Shown: positions 19,652 through 29,388, counted from the first letter of the stretch. The stretch is 64,000 nucleotides of DNA from Candidatus Deferrimicrobiaceae bacterium (GCA_963792415.1 CAWBVY010000004.1:480001-544000); one strand, 5' to 3'. The notes: generated from the sequence alone by a model not told the origin. A program made the numbers and translations.

Positions 19652-19875
19652 ATCACAAATACGGCCTTCGGCTGCGTCGCCTCGGAGGGCGGGGCTCCGT
19701 TCGTGGCTCGCCGTGCGATGAACCTGCACGGCTGCGCCCCCCGTTCTTCCTACAGCAGGGGTACCCCACCGGCGCGAAGCTCGTAGTGGGGCGCCCCCCC
19801 CTGCGGCGACTCCGCCGGACCGTCCCGTTGCACGTCTTCAGATCTATCTTCCCGGTACGTTGCCGTATTTGTGAT
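19652..19875. mobile_element. MITE-like element with 14-bp perfect terminal inverted repeats and a nested palindromic repeat
   Basis: ATCACAAATACGGC (19652-19665) / GCCGTATTTGTGAT (19862-19875); no transposase; lies between convergent genes. Confidence 0.65.
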
Positions 19876-19884
19876 CCGCTCTGG

Positions 19885-20070
19885 TTAATGGGACATGTCG
19901 CCCTCGCGGAAATACTCGATGAGGGCGCGCTCCACCACGATGTCCCGCGTCACGCGGCAGTTCCGGCAGAACTCCTTCAGCTGATCGGCCAGCGGTGCCG
20001 GCAGCGTCACCGTCACCAATACCGGATCCCTCTCCCCGGTTCCCTTTCCCCCGCCCGTCTTCCCGTTCAT
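19885..20070 (-). CDS. small ribbon-helix-helix-like protein
   Basis: VTVTLPAPLADQLKEFC...RDIVVERALIEYF pattern; ATGA overlap with the livF stop; GAAAGGA upstream. Confidence 0.65.
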   Translation of the reverse strand: MNGKTGGGKGTGERDPVLVTVTLPAPLADQLKEFCRNCRVTRDIVVERALIEYFREGDMSH

Positions 20071-20849
20071 GGTTTTTCCTTTCTGTCGATTCCCTCGCCG
20101 ATCGTCTCTCCCGGGGTCTCCCCCGGGCGGAAATGCCGGTAGAGCAGAGAAACCAGTTCCTTCGCGTCGGCGACGTCCGACCGCGTTCCCTCGTGGACCA
20201 GGGAGCCGTTCCGGAAAATGACGTGCCGGTCGAGGAGCCGGAACGCCCCTTCCGCGTCGTGCTCGGCGAAGACGGTCGTCGCCCGTCCCTTCAACGTACC
20301 TTCGATCACGGAGAGCAGCCGGTCGCGGACTTCGCGGGAGAGACCGAGGAACGGCTCGTCCATCAGGAGAAGCGTCGGCTCCGCCACCAGCGCCCGCCCG
20401 AGGATCAGCATCTGACGCTCTCCGCCCGAGAGCACCCCCGCGGGGGAGTGCGCCATCGAAGCCAGCGCGGGGAAGAGGGAGAATACGCGCTCGCGCGCCG
20501 CGCTCCATCGGGAGGGGGGAAGGAGCCACGCGCCGGCCTCGAGGTTCTCGAGGACGGTCATCCGCGTCGCCACACGCGACCGGTCGGAGACGTACCGTAT
20601 CCCTCGCGCGGCCCGCTCGTGGGCCGGAAGCGACGTCACGTCCTCGCCCCGCCACGCGATCCTTCCCCGCGTGGCCGGGATCAGCCCCGCCACCGCCTTG
20701 AGGAAGGTCGTCTTTCCGGAGCCGTTCGCGCCGAAGATCGCCACCGTCTCCCCCTCCCGCGCCGTGAGGGAGACGTCGCGCACCGCCACCACCTGCCCGA
20801 AGGCGACAGTGAGATTGCGCACCTTCAGGATGGACGTCCCGCCGGACAC
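20067..20849 (-). CDS. livF: branched-chain amino acid ABC ATPase
   Basis: GANGSGKTT, LSGGERQM, LMDEP. Confidence 0.85.
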   Translation of the reverse strand: MSGGTSILKVRNLTVAFGQVVAVRDVSLTAREGETVAIFGANGSGKTTFLKAVAGLIPATRGRIAWRGEDVTSLPAHERAARGIRYVSDRSRVATRMTVLENLEAGAWLLPPSRWSAARERVFSLFPALASMAHSPAGVLSGGERQMLILGRALVAEPTLLLMDEPFLGLSREVRDRLLSVIEGTLKGRATTVFAEHDAEGAFRLLDRHVIFRNGSLVHEGTRSDVADAKELVSLLYRHFRPGETPGETIGEGIDRKEKP

Positions 20850-21538
20850 TATACGATCCTCTCCCGCACGATCCGCCCCTCTTCGAGCACGAGGATGCGC
20901 CTGCAGAGGCTTTTCAGCAGCGGCGGGTTATGGGAGACCAGCAGGAACGCCGTCCCCTCGTCGCGGTTCGCCGCGCGCAGAAGCGCCGTCAGGTCCCCCT
21001 CGTCCGCGGCCGAGAGGGCGGAGAAGATCTCGTCGAGGATCAGCAGCTTCGGCCGGCACGCCAGCCCCCGCGCGAACTCGAGGCGGCGGAGGCACCCCTG
21101 GGACAGTTGGGCGCACGGCACGAACCGCTGGTTGAACAGTCCCGTCCGGGCGAGGAGGTCCTCGGCCGGTCCCTCTTCCTCCTCCCGCGTCCCGCCCTCT
21201 TCCTTCCGTTTCCCCGCGTTGACCGCGAAGGCGACCCGCACCGCCTCGCGCACCGATAAAGCGGGGTACGGGTGCGGGATCTGGAAGGTCCGCGCGATCC
21301 CGAGCCGGTATCGGGCGTCGAGCGGCATCCGCGTGATCTCCTTCCCGTCGAACCGGACCGTGCCCGCGTCGGGGCGAAGAAGGCCCGAGAGGATGTTGAC
21401 GAGCGTGGTTTTCCCCGAACCGTTCGGGCCGAAGAGCCCCACGGGTTCCCCCGGGGCGACCGACAGGGTGATCCCGGAGAGGACCCGCGTGGGACCGAAC
21501 GATTTCGCGATCCCGTCCGCCGACAGCAGCGCGTTCAC
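20849..21538 (-). CDS. livG: branched-chain amino acid ABC ATPase
   Basis: GPNGSGKTT, GIARTFQ, LILDE; GTG at 21538. Confidence 0.85.
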   Translation of the reverse strand: MNALLSADGIAKSFGPTRVLSGITLSVAPGEPVGLFGPNGSGKTTLVNILSGLLRPDAGTVRFDGKEITRMPLDARYRLGIARTFQIPHPYPALSVREAVRVAFAVNAGKRKEEGGTREEEEGPAEDLLARTGLFNQRFVPCAQLSQGCLRRLEFARGLACRPKLLILDEIFSALSAADEGDLTALLRAANRDEGTAFLLVSHNPPLLKSLCRRILVLEEGRIVRERIV

Positions 21539-22605
21539 GGCGCTTCCTCCCCGTTCCGGTTCCGGCCGCGGCTTCGCCGGGACCGCCCCCCTTCCTTCCC
21601 GCCGAGCCGCGAGGCCAGGTCCCGCGCGGTCCCGACGACTCCCCCGGGGAAGAACCGCAGGGCGAGCAGCAGGGTCAGCGCGTAGAGCAGGACCCGCGCC
21701 GAAGGGGGCAGGGAAAGCCCCTGGAAGAGGAGATGGAGGACCAGCGCCGCGACGACGGGACCCACGATCGTCCCGCGCCCCCCCACGGCGGCGAACGTGG
21801 CCGCCTGGAAGGAGAGCTCGAGGGAGAGATCGGTCGCCGTGGCGCGACCGACGTGGAGGGCGAAGCCGGCTCCCGCCGCTCCCGCGAAGGCGGACCCGAC
21901 GGCGAACGCGAGCCGCTTGAACCGGGCGATCGGGACCCCCGAGGCCTGGGCCGTGATCGGGGACCCGGCGACCGCGCGCAGGACGAGCCCCGCCTCCGAG
22001 CGCAGGAAGCGCAGCATGCCGAAGGAGGCGAGGCACAGGAAGGCGAGGGCGGCGTAATACGACGAGAACGGGGAGGCGTCCCGCCACGGAAGCGCCACCG
22101 GGATCCCGCCCTCGCCGCCCCACGCGTACCCTCCCGGCCCGGAGAAGAAGGTATGGCCGACGGCCACCTCGTGCGCGATCTCGCCCAGCGCAAGGGTGAG
22201 CAGCGCCACGAACGGCCCGGCCAGCGGCGCCGAGAGCGCTCCGATCCCCGCGCCCACCGCGGCGGCCAGGAGGACCGCCGCCCCCACCGCCAGGGGAAGC
22301 GGCCATCCGGCGAAGCTCGTGAGCAGCGCGCAGGCGTACGCCGCCGTCCCGAAGGGGAGGGCGTGACCGAGCGTGGTCTGCCCCGAGACGCCGCCGACCA
22401 CGTCCCACGACGCCGCGAACGCGGCCAGCAGGAACCCGGTCGTGAAAACGTCGAGGAAGAAGACGTCCGGGGAGGATAGCGGGAAGAGCAGGAGCAGCCC
22501 GATCCCGGCCGCCAGCCAGCCCCCCCCCCGCCACGGGCTTCGCGCCGGCGGGGTACCCCCGCGGAGAGAGACCCTGGAGGCACGGAATGGGGCCGCGTTC
22601 CTCAA
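21535..22605 (-). CDS. livM: branched-chain amino acid ABC permease
   Basis: SWDVVGGVSGQTTLGHA, ALLTLALGE and VGGRGTIVGP motifs; TTG 22605 overlaps the livH stop. Confidence 0.85.
   Translation of the reverse strand: MRNAAPFRASRVSLRGGTPPARSPWRGGGWLAAGIGLLLLFPLSSPDVFFLDVFTTGFLLAAFAASWDVVGGVSGQTTLGHALPFGTAAYACALLTSFAGWPLPLAVGAAVLLAAAVGAGIGALSAPLAGPFVALLTLALGEIAHEVAVGHTFFSGPGGYAWGGEGGIPVALPWRDASPFSSYYAALAFLCLASFGMLRFLRSEAGLVLRAVAGSPITAQASGVPIARFKRLAFAVGSAFAGAAGAGFALHVGRATATDLSLELSFQAATFAAVGGRGTIVGPVVAALVLHLLFQGLSLPPSARVLLYALTLLLALRFFPGGVVGTARDLASRLGGKEGGRSRRSRGRNRNGEEAP
22520..22566 (+). repeat. dispersed palindromic repeat copy inside the 5' end of livM
   Basis: CCACGGGCTTCGCGCCGGCGGGGTACCCCCGC matches the 10098-10342 copies. 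Confidence 0.8.
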
Positions 22606-23465
22606 TCCCGCCGCCCGGCCAGTGCAACGATTCCCGCCGGGCGCGCCGAAAGGAGCAGGCAGACGGCGACGAGCAGGGCGACGTACGACCACTGGGGGGA
22701 GAGGAACCAGGCGCACGCGTTCCCGAGGATGCCCAGCCCGATCGAGAGGAGGAAGATCGCCGCCACGGAGTCCATCCCGGCGACGATCACGACGACGAGG
22801 GAGAGCAGGAGCGGCGCGCGCCCCATCGTCGGCGTCACCGCTCCCGAAGGGGAGAGGAGGGCTCCCGCCGCCGCCGCCATCGCGCAGGCCCCGCCGAACG
22901 TCAGGTACCGGATCGCCTCGACGTCCATCCCGAGCGAGCAGGCGATCTCCTCGTCCTCGGCGATCAGGCGAAGCGGCAGCCCGGGGCGGGCGGAGAGAAC
23001 CCATTTCAGTCCCCCCAGCAGCGCGGCGGACGAGAGGAACGCGATCACCCCCCACCGCCGGAGGACGAGTCCCCCCGGACCGATCCACGGCGCCCCCGCC
23101 CCGATCGAGAGGGGGTGCGGGCCCCAGACGATCTGCGCCGCCTGCTCGAACAGGAGGGCGAACGCGAGGGTCCCTACCGTGAGGGCGAACGGGTGGCTCC
23201 GGACCGGGTTGACGAAACTTTTCCCGAGGAAGACGCCGAAGGCGAAGGCGATACCGGCGGCGAGCGGCGCCGCGGCGATCGGGCTTCCGATCCCTCTCTC
23301 GGCGAGCGCGCAGGCGACGTAGGCCCCCAGCGTGAAGAAGGCCCCGTGGGAAAGGTTGACCACCTTGACCACTCCAAGGATCAGCGCCATCCCCGCCGCC
23401 ATCAATGCGTACGCCGCCCCGGCGAAGAGGCCGTCGAGGAGCACCTGGAGAAGGGGAGGCGCCAC
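22602..23465 (-). CDS. livH: branched-chain amino acid ABC permease
   Basis: YALMAAGMALILGVVKVVNLSHG, AEDEEIACSLGMD. Confidence 0.85.
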   Translation of the reverse strand: MAPPLLQVLLDGLFAGAAYALMAAGMALILGVVKVVNLSHGAFFTLGAYVACALAERGIGSPIAAAPLAAGIAFAFGVFLGKSFVNPVRSHPFALTVGTLAFALLFEQAAQIVWGPHPLSIGAGAPWIGPGGLVLRRWGVIAFLSSAALLGGLKWVLSARPGLPLRLIAEDEEIACSLGMDVEAIRYLTFGGACAMAAAAGALLSPSGAVTPTMGRAPLLLSLVVVIVAGMDSVAAIFLLSIGLGILGNACAWFLSPQWSYVALLVAVCLLLSARPAGIVALAGRRD

Positions 23466-24733
23466 TAGGGCACCGTCAGCGGGGAGGGGAAGACGATCCG
23501 GGCGCCGCCGCGTTCCCAGCGCACGAAGGTCCCCTGCAGCGCCCCGGGGCCGGATCCCCAAAGGGCCTGGTGGGCGGCGTCGAAACGGTACGTTCCGGCG
23601 ACGCCGGGGAACGCCCCGCGCTCGAGAACGGGAACGACGACGGCGGACTCCACGCTGCCCGCCGTGCGCCAGGCGGCCACGAGCACCGTGACGGCGTCGA
23701 AGGGAAGCGTGTCGCTGTACCCTACGGGCGGCGCCCCGTACCGGTGTTCATAGAGCTCCACGTACGCCGTGGCGGCGGGGGAGACGCCCCGCCACGCGGC
23801 GGCCTGCACGTAGACCGGCGCGGAGAGCGGAACGGAGGCGGCCAGTCGGGCGTCCCCCAGCGCCCCCCCGATGGAAAGGGCCGGGAGCGCGGGCGCCGAC
23901 TCGCGCAGCCGCTTCAGGAAGGAGACGGAGTTCCGTCCCGGATCGGCGAGAATCACGATGTCGGGAGAGGCGGCCGCAGCGGCGACCGCTACGGTGTCGA
24001 ACGCCGGGTTCCCCGGGCTGTAGAAGGCGGTGTAGGCCGGCGTGATCCCCCGCGGGGCGGCGATCCGCTCGAGCGTCTCCCCCAGCTCCAGGTTCCAGCG
24101 GATTCCGGCGCCGACGAACGCGTACCGGGCGACGTTCCTGTCGGACAGGAAGGCGGCGATCCTCTCCGCCCATTGCGGGAGCGAGTATCCCACACGGAAG
24201 ACGTAGCGGTACCGGTCGTACTCCTGCCGCACCTTGTCGGTGATCTCGGCGGTGGCGGCCACGGGGACGATGAGCACCATCCGCTCCGCGGCGGCGACTT
24301 CCATCACTCCCACGGTTTCCTCGGACAGGTACGCGCCGACCAGTGCGGAGACCTTCTCCCTGGAAACCAGGCGCAGCGCCTCCGACTTCGCCACGTCCAC
24401 GCGCCCCTGCGTATCTCCGACAACGATCGTCACCCGTTGGCCGGAGACCCCCCCTTCGGCGTTGGCCTGCTCGACGGCGAGGGTCGCGGCCTGCACGAAC
24501 GACGTCCCGCCGGCGGCGTACGGGCCGGAGAGCGGGGCCAGCACCCCGATCTTCAGGGTGTCCGAACTCCCGGCGGCGACGCAGGGAGCCGCGAAAAAAG
24601 CGGGGGATGAAAGAGAAAGGAACAGCGCCGCGGATCCGATGAGAATACGGGAAAGGCGAAGAAGGGGTCCGGAGTCAACCGTCACGTTCCGCCCTCCCGA
24701 AGCGGTGGGTTCGTCGGAGGAATGCGGCTTCAA
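23465..24733 (-). CDS. ABC substrate-binding protein (LivJ/LivK-like)
   Basis: LKIGVLAPLSGPYA, LAVEQANAEGG; start uncertain. Confidence 0.85.
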   Translation of the reverse strand: MKPHSSDEPTASGGRNVTVDSGPLLRLSRILIGSAALFLSLSSPAFFAAPCVAAGSSDTLKIGVLAPLSGPYAAGGTSFVQAATLAVEQANAEGGVSGQRVTIVVGDTQGRVDVAKSEALRLVSREKVSALVGAYLSEETVGVMEVAAAERMVLIVPVAATAEITDKVRQEYDRYRYVFRVGYSLPQWAERIAAFLSDRNVARYAFVGAGIRWNLELGETLERIAAPRGITPAYTAFYSPGNPAFDTVAVAAAAASPDIVILADPGRNSVSFLKRLRESAPALPALSIGGALGDARLAASVPLSAPVYVQAAAWRGVSPAATAYVELYEHRYGAPPVGYSDTLPFDAVTVLVAAWRTAGSVESAVVVPVLERGAFPGVAGTYRFDAAHQALWGSGPGALQGTFVRWERGGARIVFPSPLTVP

Positions 24734-24832
24734 CTATACCATAAATCAGGAGAATTTTATGTTTTCCCGCGGAGTGCCCTGTGGTATACTCCTTCGATCC
24801 CGAAAGGCGCTTGAAAGAGAGAGACCCCTGAG

Positions 24833-25717
24833 ATGAACCGGCTGATGACAGCCATCGTCGCGCTTGTCGTGCTCGCGGCGATCCCCTCCGTCTCGCCTGC
24901 CGCCGCCACGCACGTGGTCCGGAAAGGGGACACGCTGGGGAAGATCGCGCGCGCCCACCATGTCTCCGTGGCGAAGATCCAGGAGGCGAACGGTCTCGAG
25001 GGGACGCGTCTCTCGGTGGGCACGAAGCTCGTCCTTCCCGGCGGCAAGACGCCTCCGAAGCGCCGCAAAGCCCGCGCCGTAAAAAGCCGGGGGGTGACCG
25101 TGGGGGTGTCGACTCCCGCGGAAGAGCCGCAGTCCGGGGCGCAGCCCTCCCCCGTCGACCCGCGGGAATCCACGCCGTCCATGAACGCGTGGAAGCCTCC
25201 CACGGAAGCCGAGCTTGCCGAACTTGCCCGTGCATCGAGGGAGGCGGACACCGCACCCCCGGCCGTGGCGGTTTCTCCGGTCGCGGCGGCCGCGGACGAC
25301 CCGGAGGCACTGCAGGCGGGCGATTCGACCAAGGACCGCCTCCTGCGCGTCGCCCGGGGGATGCTCGAGGTTCCGTACCGTTACGGCGGCACCACCCTCT
25401 GGGGGCTGGACTGCTCCGGCTTCGTGAAGAAGGCGTTCGCCTTTTTCGGCCTCGACCTGCCGCACTCCGCCCGGGCGCAGTTCCGGGAGGGGATAAAGGT
25501 CTCGAAGGAGGAACTCTCGGCGGGCGACCTGGTCTTCTTCCGCACCCGCGCGAAATACGCGTCCCACGTCGGGATCTACCTCGGGGACAACCGGTTCATC
25601 CACGCATCGGGGCACGACCGGAAGGTCACGATCGACAGCCTCGACAAGCCGTACTACGTGAAGCATTACCTCGGCGCCAAGCGCCTGCTCACTGAAGAGG
25701 ATCGGATCGAGAACTGA
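24833..25717 (+). CDS. LysM + NlpC/P60 cell-wall peptidase
   Basis: Signal peptide; HVVRKGDTL LysM; LDCSG, HVGIY and FIHAS; TGgTATACT extended -10 at 24782-24790. Confidence 0.92.
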   Translation: MNRLMTAIVALVVLAAIPSVSPAAATHVVRKGDTLGKIARAHHVSVAKIQEANGLEGTRLSVGTKLVLPGGKTPPKRRKARAVKSRGVTVGVSTPAEEPQSGAQPSPVDPRESTPSMNAWKPPTEAELAELARASREADTAPPAVAVSPVAAAADDPEALQAGDSTKDRLLRVARGMLEVPYRYGGTTLWGLDCSGFVKKAFAFFGLDLPHSARAQFREGIKVSKEELSAGDLVFFRTRAKYASHVGIYLGDNRFIHASGHDRKVTIDSLDKPYYVKHYLGAKRLLTEEDRIEN

Positions 25718-25736
25718 CGCCCGCCCCGGCCGGGCG

Positions 25737-26837
25737 TTACTTCCACAGGCGGGACAAGGTTTCGCGGCGCGCGGCGGCGTCGGGCTCTCCCGCCAGGAAC
25801 TCCTCCGACAGCTTGCGCAGAAGCGCCTCCGCCTTCCCGGACGGGTCGGGCTCCGGGATCCCCGGGTGGCGCAGGGTGACCGACGGGGTGCGGAACCGGA
25901 GGATGTCGCCCGTCTCCGGGTCGAGCTTCGCCTGGAGCGCGTACCCGAGCCCGCTCGGCCCCTTGATGTTGAACATGCTGTAGACGGCGAAGTTCCCAAG
26001 GCTGTAGGCGATCAGCTTTCCGCGGTACACCTCGATCGCGCGCGGGACGTGGGGTCCGTGACCCAGCACGAGGTCGGCGCCCGCGTCCACGACGGCCCGC
26101 GCGAACCGTACGACGTTCCCCCGATCCTCCCCCAGGAACTCCTCCCCGACGTCCGCGACGCGCATCGCCGGCGCCCCTTCGGCGCCGCCGTGGAACGACA
26201 CGACGACCAGGTCGTATTTTCCCTTGAGCTTCGCCACGATCGTCCGCGCCTCCTCGATGTCCAGAAGCGGGTGGACATACCGCGTCCGCAGCGAGTAGGA
26301 GAAGCCGGCCACCGCCACGCTCTTTCCGGAGACGGTGAACACCGCAACCCGCTCCCCGCCGACCGGCCGGACCCCCGCGTTGTCGAGCGCGGCGAGGGTG
26401 TTGTCCAGCCCCTCCATCCCGAAGTCGAGGGAGTGGTTGTTCGCGACGTTCATCGCGGTGAAGCCCGCCTCCGCGAGGCGGGCGGCGTACCGCGGGGGGG
26501 TGCGGAAGGCGAAGCAGGGGGGCCCGCCGGGGACCGGCTTCGGGCACTTCGGCGATTTCTCCACGTCGGTGAGCGGCCCCTCGAGGTTGCCGAGGACGAC
26601 GTCGTTCCCGGCGAGCAGCGGCGCCACGGAGAGGAAGAGCGTCGCGCCGTCCTCCGGCGGCAGGATCGGCTCGGGGAACGTGGTCCCCATCATGACGTCG
26701 CCCACCGCCGCGACGCGGATCGCCCGGGCCGGTTCCGCCGGGACGACCGCGCCGTTGTCCTCCGCCCGCGCCGGGAGGTCGAGCGCCAGCAGCAGGACCA
26801 TTGCGAGGGCGAGATGCCGGTACATGAAGACCATCAT
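25737..26837 (-). CDS. CapA family metallophosphatase-like protein
   Basis: AVGDVM, GNLEG, ANNHSLD, FHGGAE, GHGPHV, YSLGNF. Confidence 0.9.
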   Translation of the reverse strand: MMVFMYRHLALAMVLLLALDLPARAEDNGAVVPAEPARAIRVAAVGDVMMGTTFPEPILPPEDGATLFLSVAPLLAGNDVVLGNLEGPLTDVEKSPKCPKPVPGGPPCFAFRTPPRYAARLAEAGFTAMNVANNHSLDFGMEGLDNTLAALDNAGVRPVGGERVAVFTVSGKSVAVAGFSYSLRTRYVHPLLDIEEARTIVAKLKGKYDLVVVSFHGGAEGAPAMRVADVGEEFLGEDRGNVVRFARAVVDAGADLVLGHGPHVPRAIEVYRGKLIAYSLGNFAVYSMFNIKGPSGLGYALQAKLDPETGDILRFRTPSVTLRHPGIPEPDPSGKAEALLRKLSEEFLAGEPDAAARRETLSRLWK

Positions 26838-26851
26838 ATAATGAACCCACG

Positions 26852-28717
26852 ATGGAATACGGGACGCAGGCGACCGGGGGGCGCGTCGATCCCCTGCCGG
26901 AGGGCGACATCCTCGAGGGGTTCGACCGGCTGATCGCCGCGGGCCGGCTCTTCGGCGCGGAACTCAACCCGACGGTCATCAAGAAGAGCGGGAAAGGGGC
27001 GCCGTTCCTCGTCTGCCCGCATCCGTCCCGCTCCCGCATGCTCGACCTGTGGCGCGACCTCTTCACGAACCGCATCCTGCCGCAGGGGCTCCTCGACGCG
27101 TTGGCCCCGGAGCTCCTGGGGCTCGCCCACGGCGACGGGCTCCTCCTGTTCGGGAAGGACCGGATCCTTTACGACTGCCACATCGCGCGAGGGGGCGAGG
27201 CGGTCGGCCACCTCACCCTCTCCTTCTACCGGGAGACCGAACCGGTGTTCCGCTTCCTCCCGTTCCCGCGCCGACCCGGCCACCGCATCGTCTACATCGA
27301 GGGGATCTCCCTCTCGGCGCAGAGCACCGGATACGCCTCCTCCCTGTTCCGCCTCTACGAACGGCTCTTCCACAACCTCGGTTTCCACCGGTTCCGCCTG
27401 AAGGCGTCCCTCTCGGTGGGAAAATATTACTGGGCGAAGGAAGGGTTCGACTGCGAGGACCGGAAGCAGTTCGCCGAAATGCGGGAGAACCTCCACGCCC
27501 TCGTCCTGCGGCTGGGTCTGCCGGTGGAGGAGCAGGAGATCCGCCGGCTGAACCACGCGAGCATGATCGCCGCATTCCGCCGCGATCTCGCGATCCCGGT
27601 CTTCCGGAACGCGGAGGGGTACTACGCCGTCGCCCGGGACGACTCGCACTCCGAGGAGTTCCGATTCCCGCTCGGGAAGGCGTTCCTCCTCTGTTCCGCC
27701 CCGTGGGACGGCTGCAAGGTGATCTACACCGACACGCCGCGGCGCACGGGGTTCGTCTGGGCGGAGAGATTCCTCGATCACGGGACCCGGGCGGGCCACG
27801 TGGAGAGCCCGAGGCGCCTGAAGGCGCTCCTCGCCGCGATCCGCGAGGGGGGGATGAGGGAAAGCCTCATCTTTCTCGAGCCGTATCTCCCCACGATGCC
27901 GTCGCTCCACGCGGTGCACGACCCGGCCTATCTCGACGCATTCCGGGAGGCGGTCGCCCGGGGGAACCGGAAATTCCTCGTGCGCGACTGCTCGATCTCG
28001 GAGGGGAGCTACGAGGTCGCGCTGCTCGCGGCGGGCGGGGTGATGGCCGGGATCGACGCGGTCTTTTCGGACCGGGCGGACAACGTTTTCTGCGCCGTGC
28101 GTCCCCCGGGGCACCATGCGGGGCGCGCCTCCGCGATGGGGTTCTGCTTCCTGAACAACGTCGCCGCCGGTGCCCGGTACGCCCGGTCCGCCTACGGCGT
28201 CGGGCGCGTCTACATCCTCGACTGGGACGTGCACCACGGCAACGGCACCCAGGCGCTGTTCGACGAGGATCCGCTCACCTTCTTCTGCAGCCTGCACGAG
28301 CACCCGTCCTTCTGCTACCCGGGGACGGGGCGCCGGCTGGAGAGGGGTGCGGGTGCGGGGCGGGGAGCCACCCTGAACATCCCGCTGCAGCCCCACGCGG
28401 GCGACCGGGAGATGATCGAGGCGTTCGAGCGGGAAGTCGTCCCGTCGATCGAGAGGTTCCGCCCGGAATTGATCCTTCTGTCCGCCGGGTTCGACGCCCA
28501 CCGGGACGACCCGATCGCGGAGCTCGAGTGCACGGAGGACGCCTACGTCCACATGACCCGACGGGTCCTCGAACTGGCGGACCGCCACTGCCAAGGGCGC
28601 GTCGTGTCGGTGCTGGAAGGCGGGTATCGCATCGAGTCGCTGGTCTCCTCGGCGATCGCACACATCCGAACGTTGCAGGGAAGGGAGGTACCGCCATGTT
28701 CGTCGGCCGGAGGATGA
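26852..28717 (+). CDS. N-terminal GNAT-like domain fused to a histone deacetylase-family (AcuC-like) domain
   Basis: C-terminal HVESPRR, RPPGHHA, GFCFLNN, DWDVHHGNGT, SAGFDAH and LEGGY; N-terminal AQSTGYA...VGKYYWAKEGF. Confidence 0.85.
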   Translation: MEYGTQATGGRVDPLPEGDILEGFDRLIAAGRLFGAELNPTVIKKSGKGAPFLVCPHPSRSRMLDLWRDLFTNRILPQGLLDALAPELLGLAHGDGLLLFGKDRILYDCHIARGGEAVGHLTLSFYRETEPVFRFLPFPRRPGHRIVYIEGISLSAQSTGYASSLFRLYERLFHNLGFHRFRLKASLSVGKYYWAKEGFDCEDRKQFAEMRENLHALVLRLGLPVEEQEIRRLNHASMIAAFRRDLAIPVFRNAEGYYAVARDDSHSEEFRFPLGKAFLLCSAPWDGCKVIYTDTPRRTGFVWAERFLDHGTRAGHVESPRRLKALLAAIREGGMRESLIFLEPYLPTMPSLHAVHDPAYLDAFREAVARGNRKFLVRDCSISEGSYEVALLAAGGVMAGIDAVFSDRADNVFCAVRPPGHHAGRASAMGFCFLNNVAAGARYARSAYGVGRVYILDWDVHHGNGTQALFDEDPLTFFCSLHEHPSFCYPGTGRRLERGAGAGRGATLNIPLQPHAGDREMIEAFEREVVPSIERFRPELILLSAGFDAHRDDPIAELECTEDAYVHMTRRVLELADRHCQGRVVSVLEGGYRIESLVSSAIAHIRTLQGREVPPCSSAGG

Positions 28718-29337
28718 AACGGGAGATGGTGACCGTCACGCCCGGGGCGACCCTCGAGGAAGCGGCCCGGCTCCTCAAGGCCCACCGGATCCATCACCTC
28801 CCGGTGGTGGAGGAGGGGGACCGCCTCGCGGGGATCGTCTCCGACACGGATTTGAGGAACGCGACCCTCGACGGGATGTCCGGCGGCGCTGACCATGGCG
28901 ATTCCGGCCGCCCCGCGACCGTGGTGGAGATCATGACGCGGGACGTGGTGACCCTCTCCCCGGGGGACACGCTGGACGACGCGATGCTGGTTCTGACCCA
29001 CGAGAGGATCGGCGCCCTGCCGGTGGTCGAGGGGGAGCGCCTGGTGGGGATCGTCACGAAGGCGGACATACTCACGGCCCTGTTGTCCACACTCGACGTC
29101 GAAGGGCTGGGGGTCCGGATCGAGGTCGTCCTGCCGCGGGATGTAAGGGAGGTGGCCCGCCTGGTCGGCGTGCTCGGGGACCTGCAGGCGGAAGTGCGCA
29201 GTCTCGTGCTGGCCCCCCACGGGGCCGAGGGGTACGCCGCGTTCGTCCGGGTGGCGACGATCGACGTCGGTTCCCTGAAGGGGCGACTGCGGGGGGCGGG
29301 GTTCAAGGTCCCGGAGGTCTCGGAATTCCTGGAGTGA
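28696..29337 (+). CDS. acuB: CBS-pair + ACT protein (AcuB-like)
   Basis: MFVGRRM, IHHLPVV, GIVSDTD, IGALPVV and a C-terminal ACT-like region; GGGAGG RBS. Confidence 0.8.
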   Translation: MFVGRRMKREMVTVTPGATLEEAARLLKAHRIHHLPVVEEGDRLAGIVSDTDLRNATLDGMSGGADHGDSGRPATVVEIMTRDVVTLSPGDTLDDAMLVLTHERIGALPVVEGERLVGIVTKADILTALLSTLDVEGLGVRIEVVLPRDVREVARLVGVLGDLQAEVRSLVLAPHGAEGYAAFVRVATIDVGSLKGRLRGAGFKVPEVSEFLE

Positions 29338-29388
29338 CCCGGGGATCGCACCGGCGGACTTTACGCGGTTCTTTGGCGGTTCTTTGGC

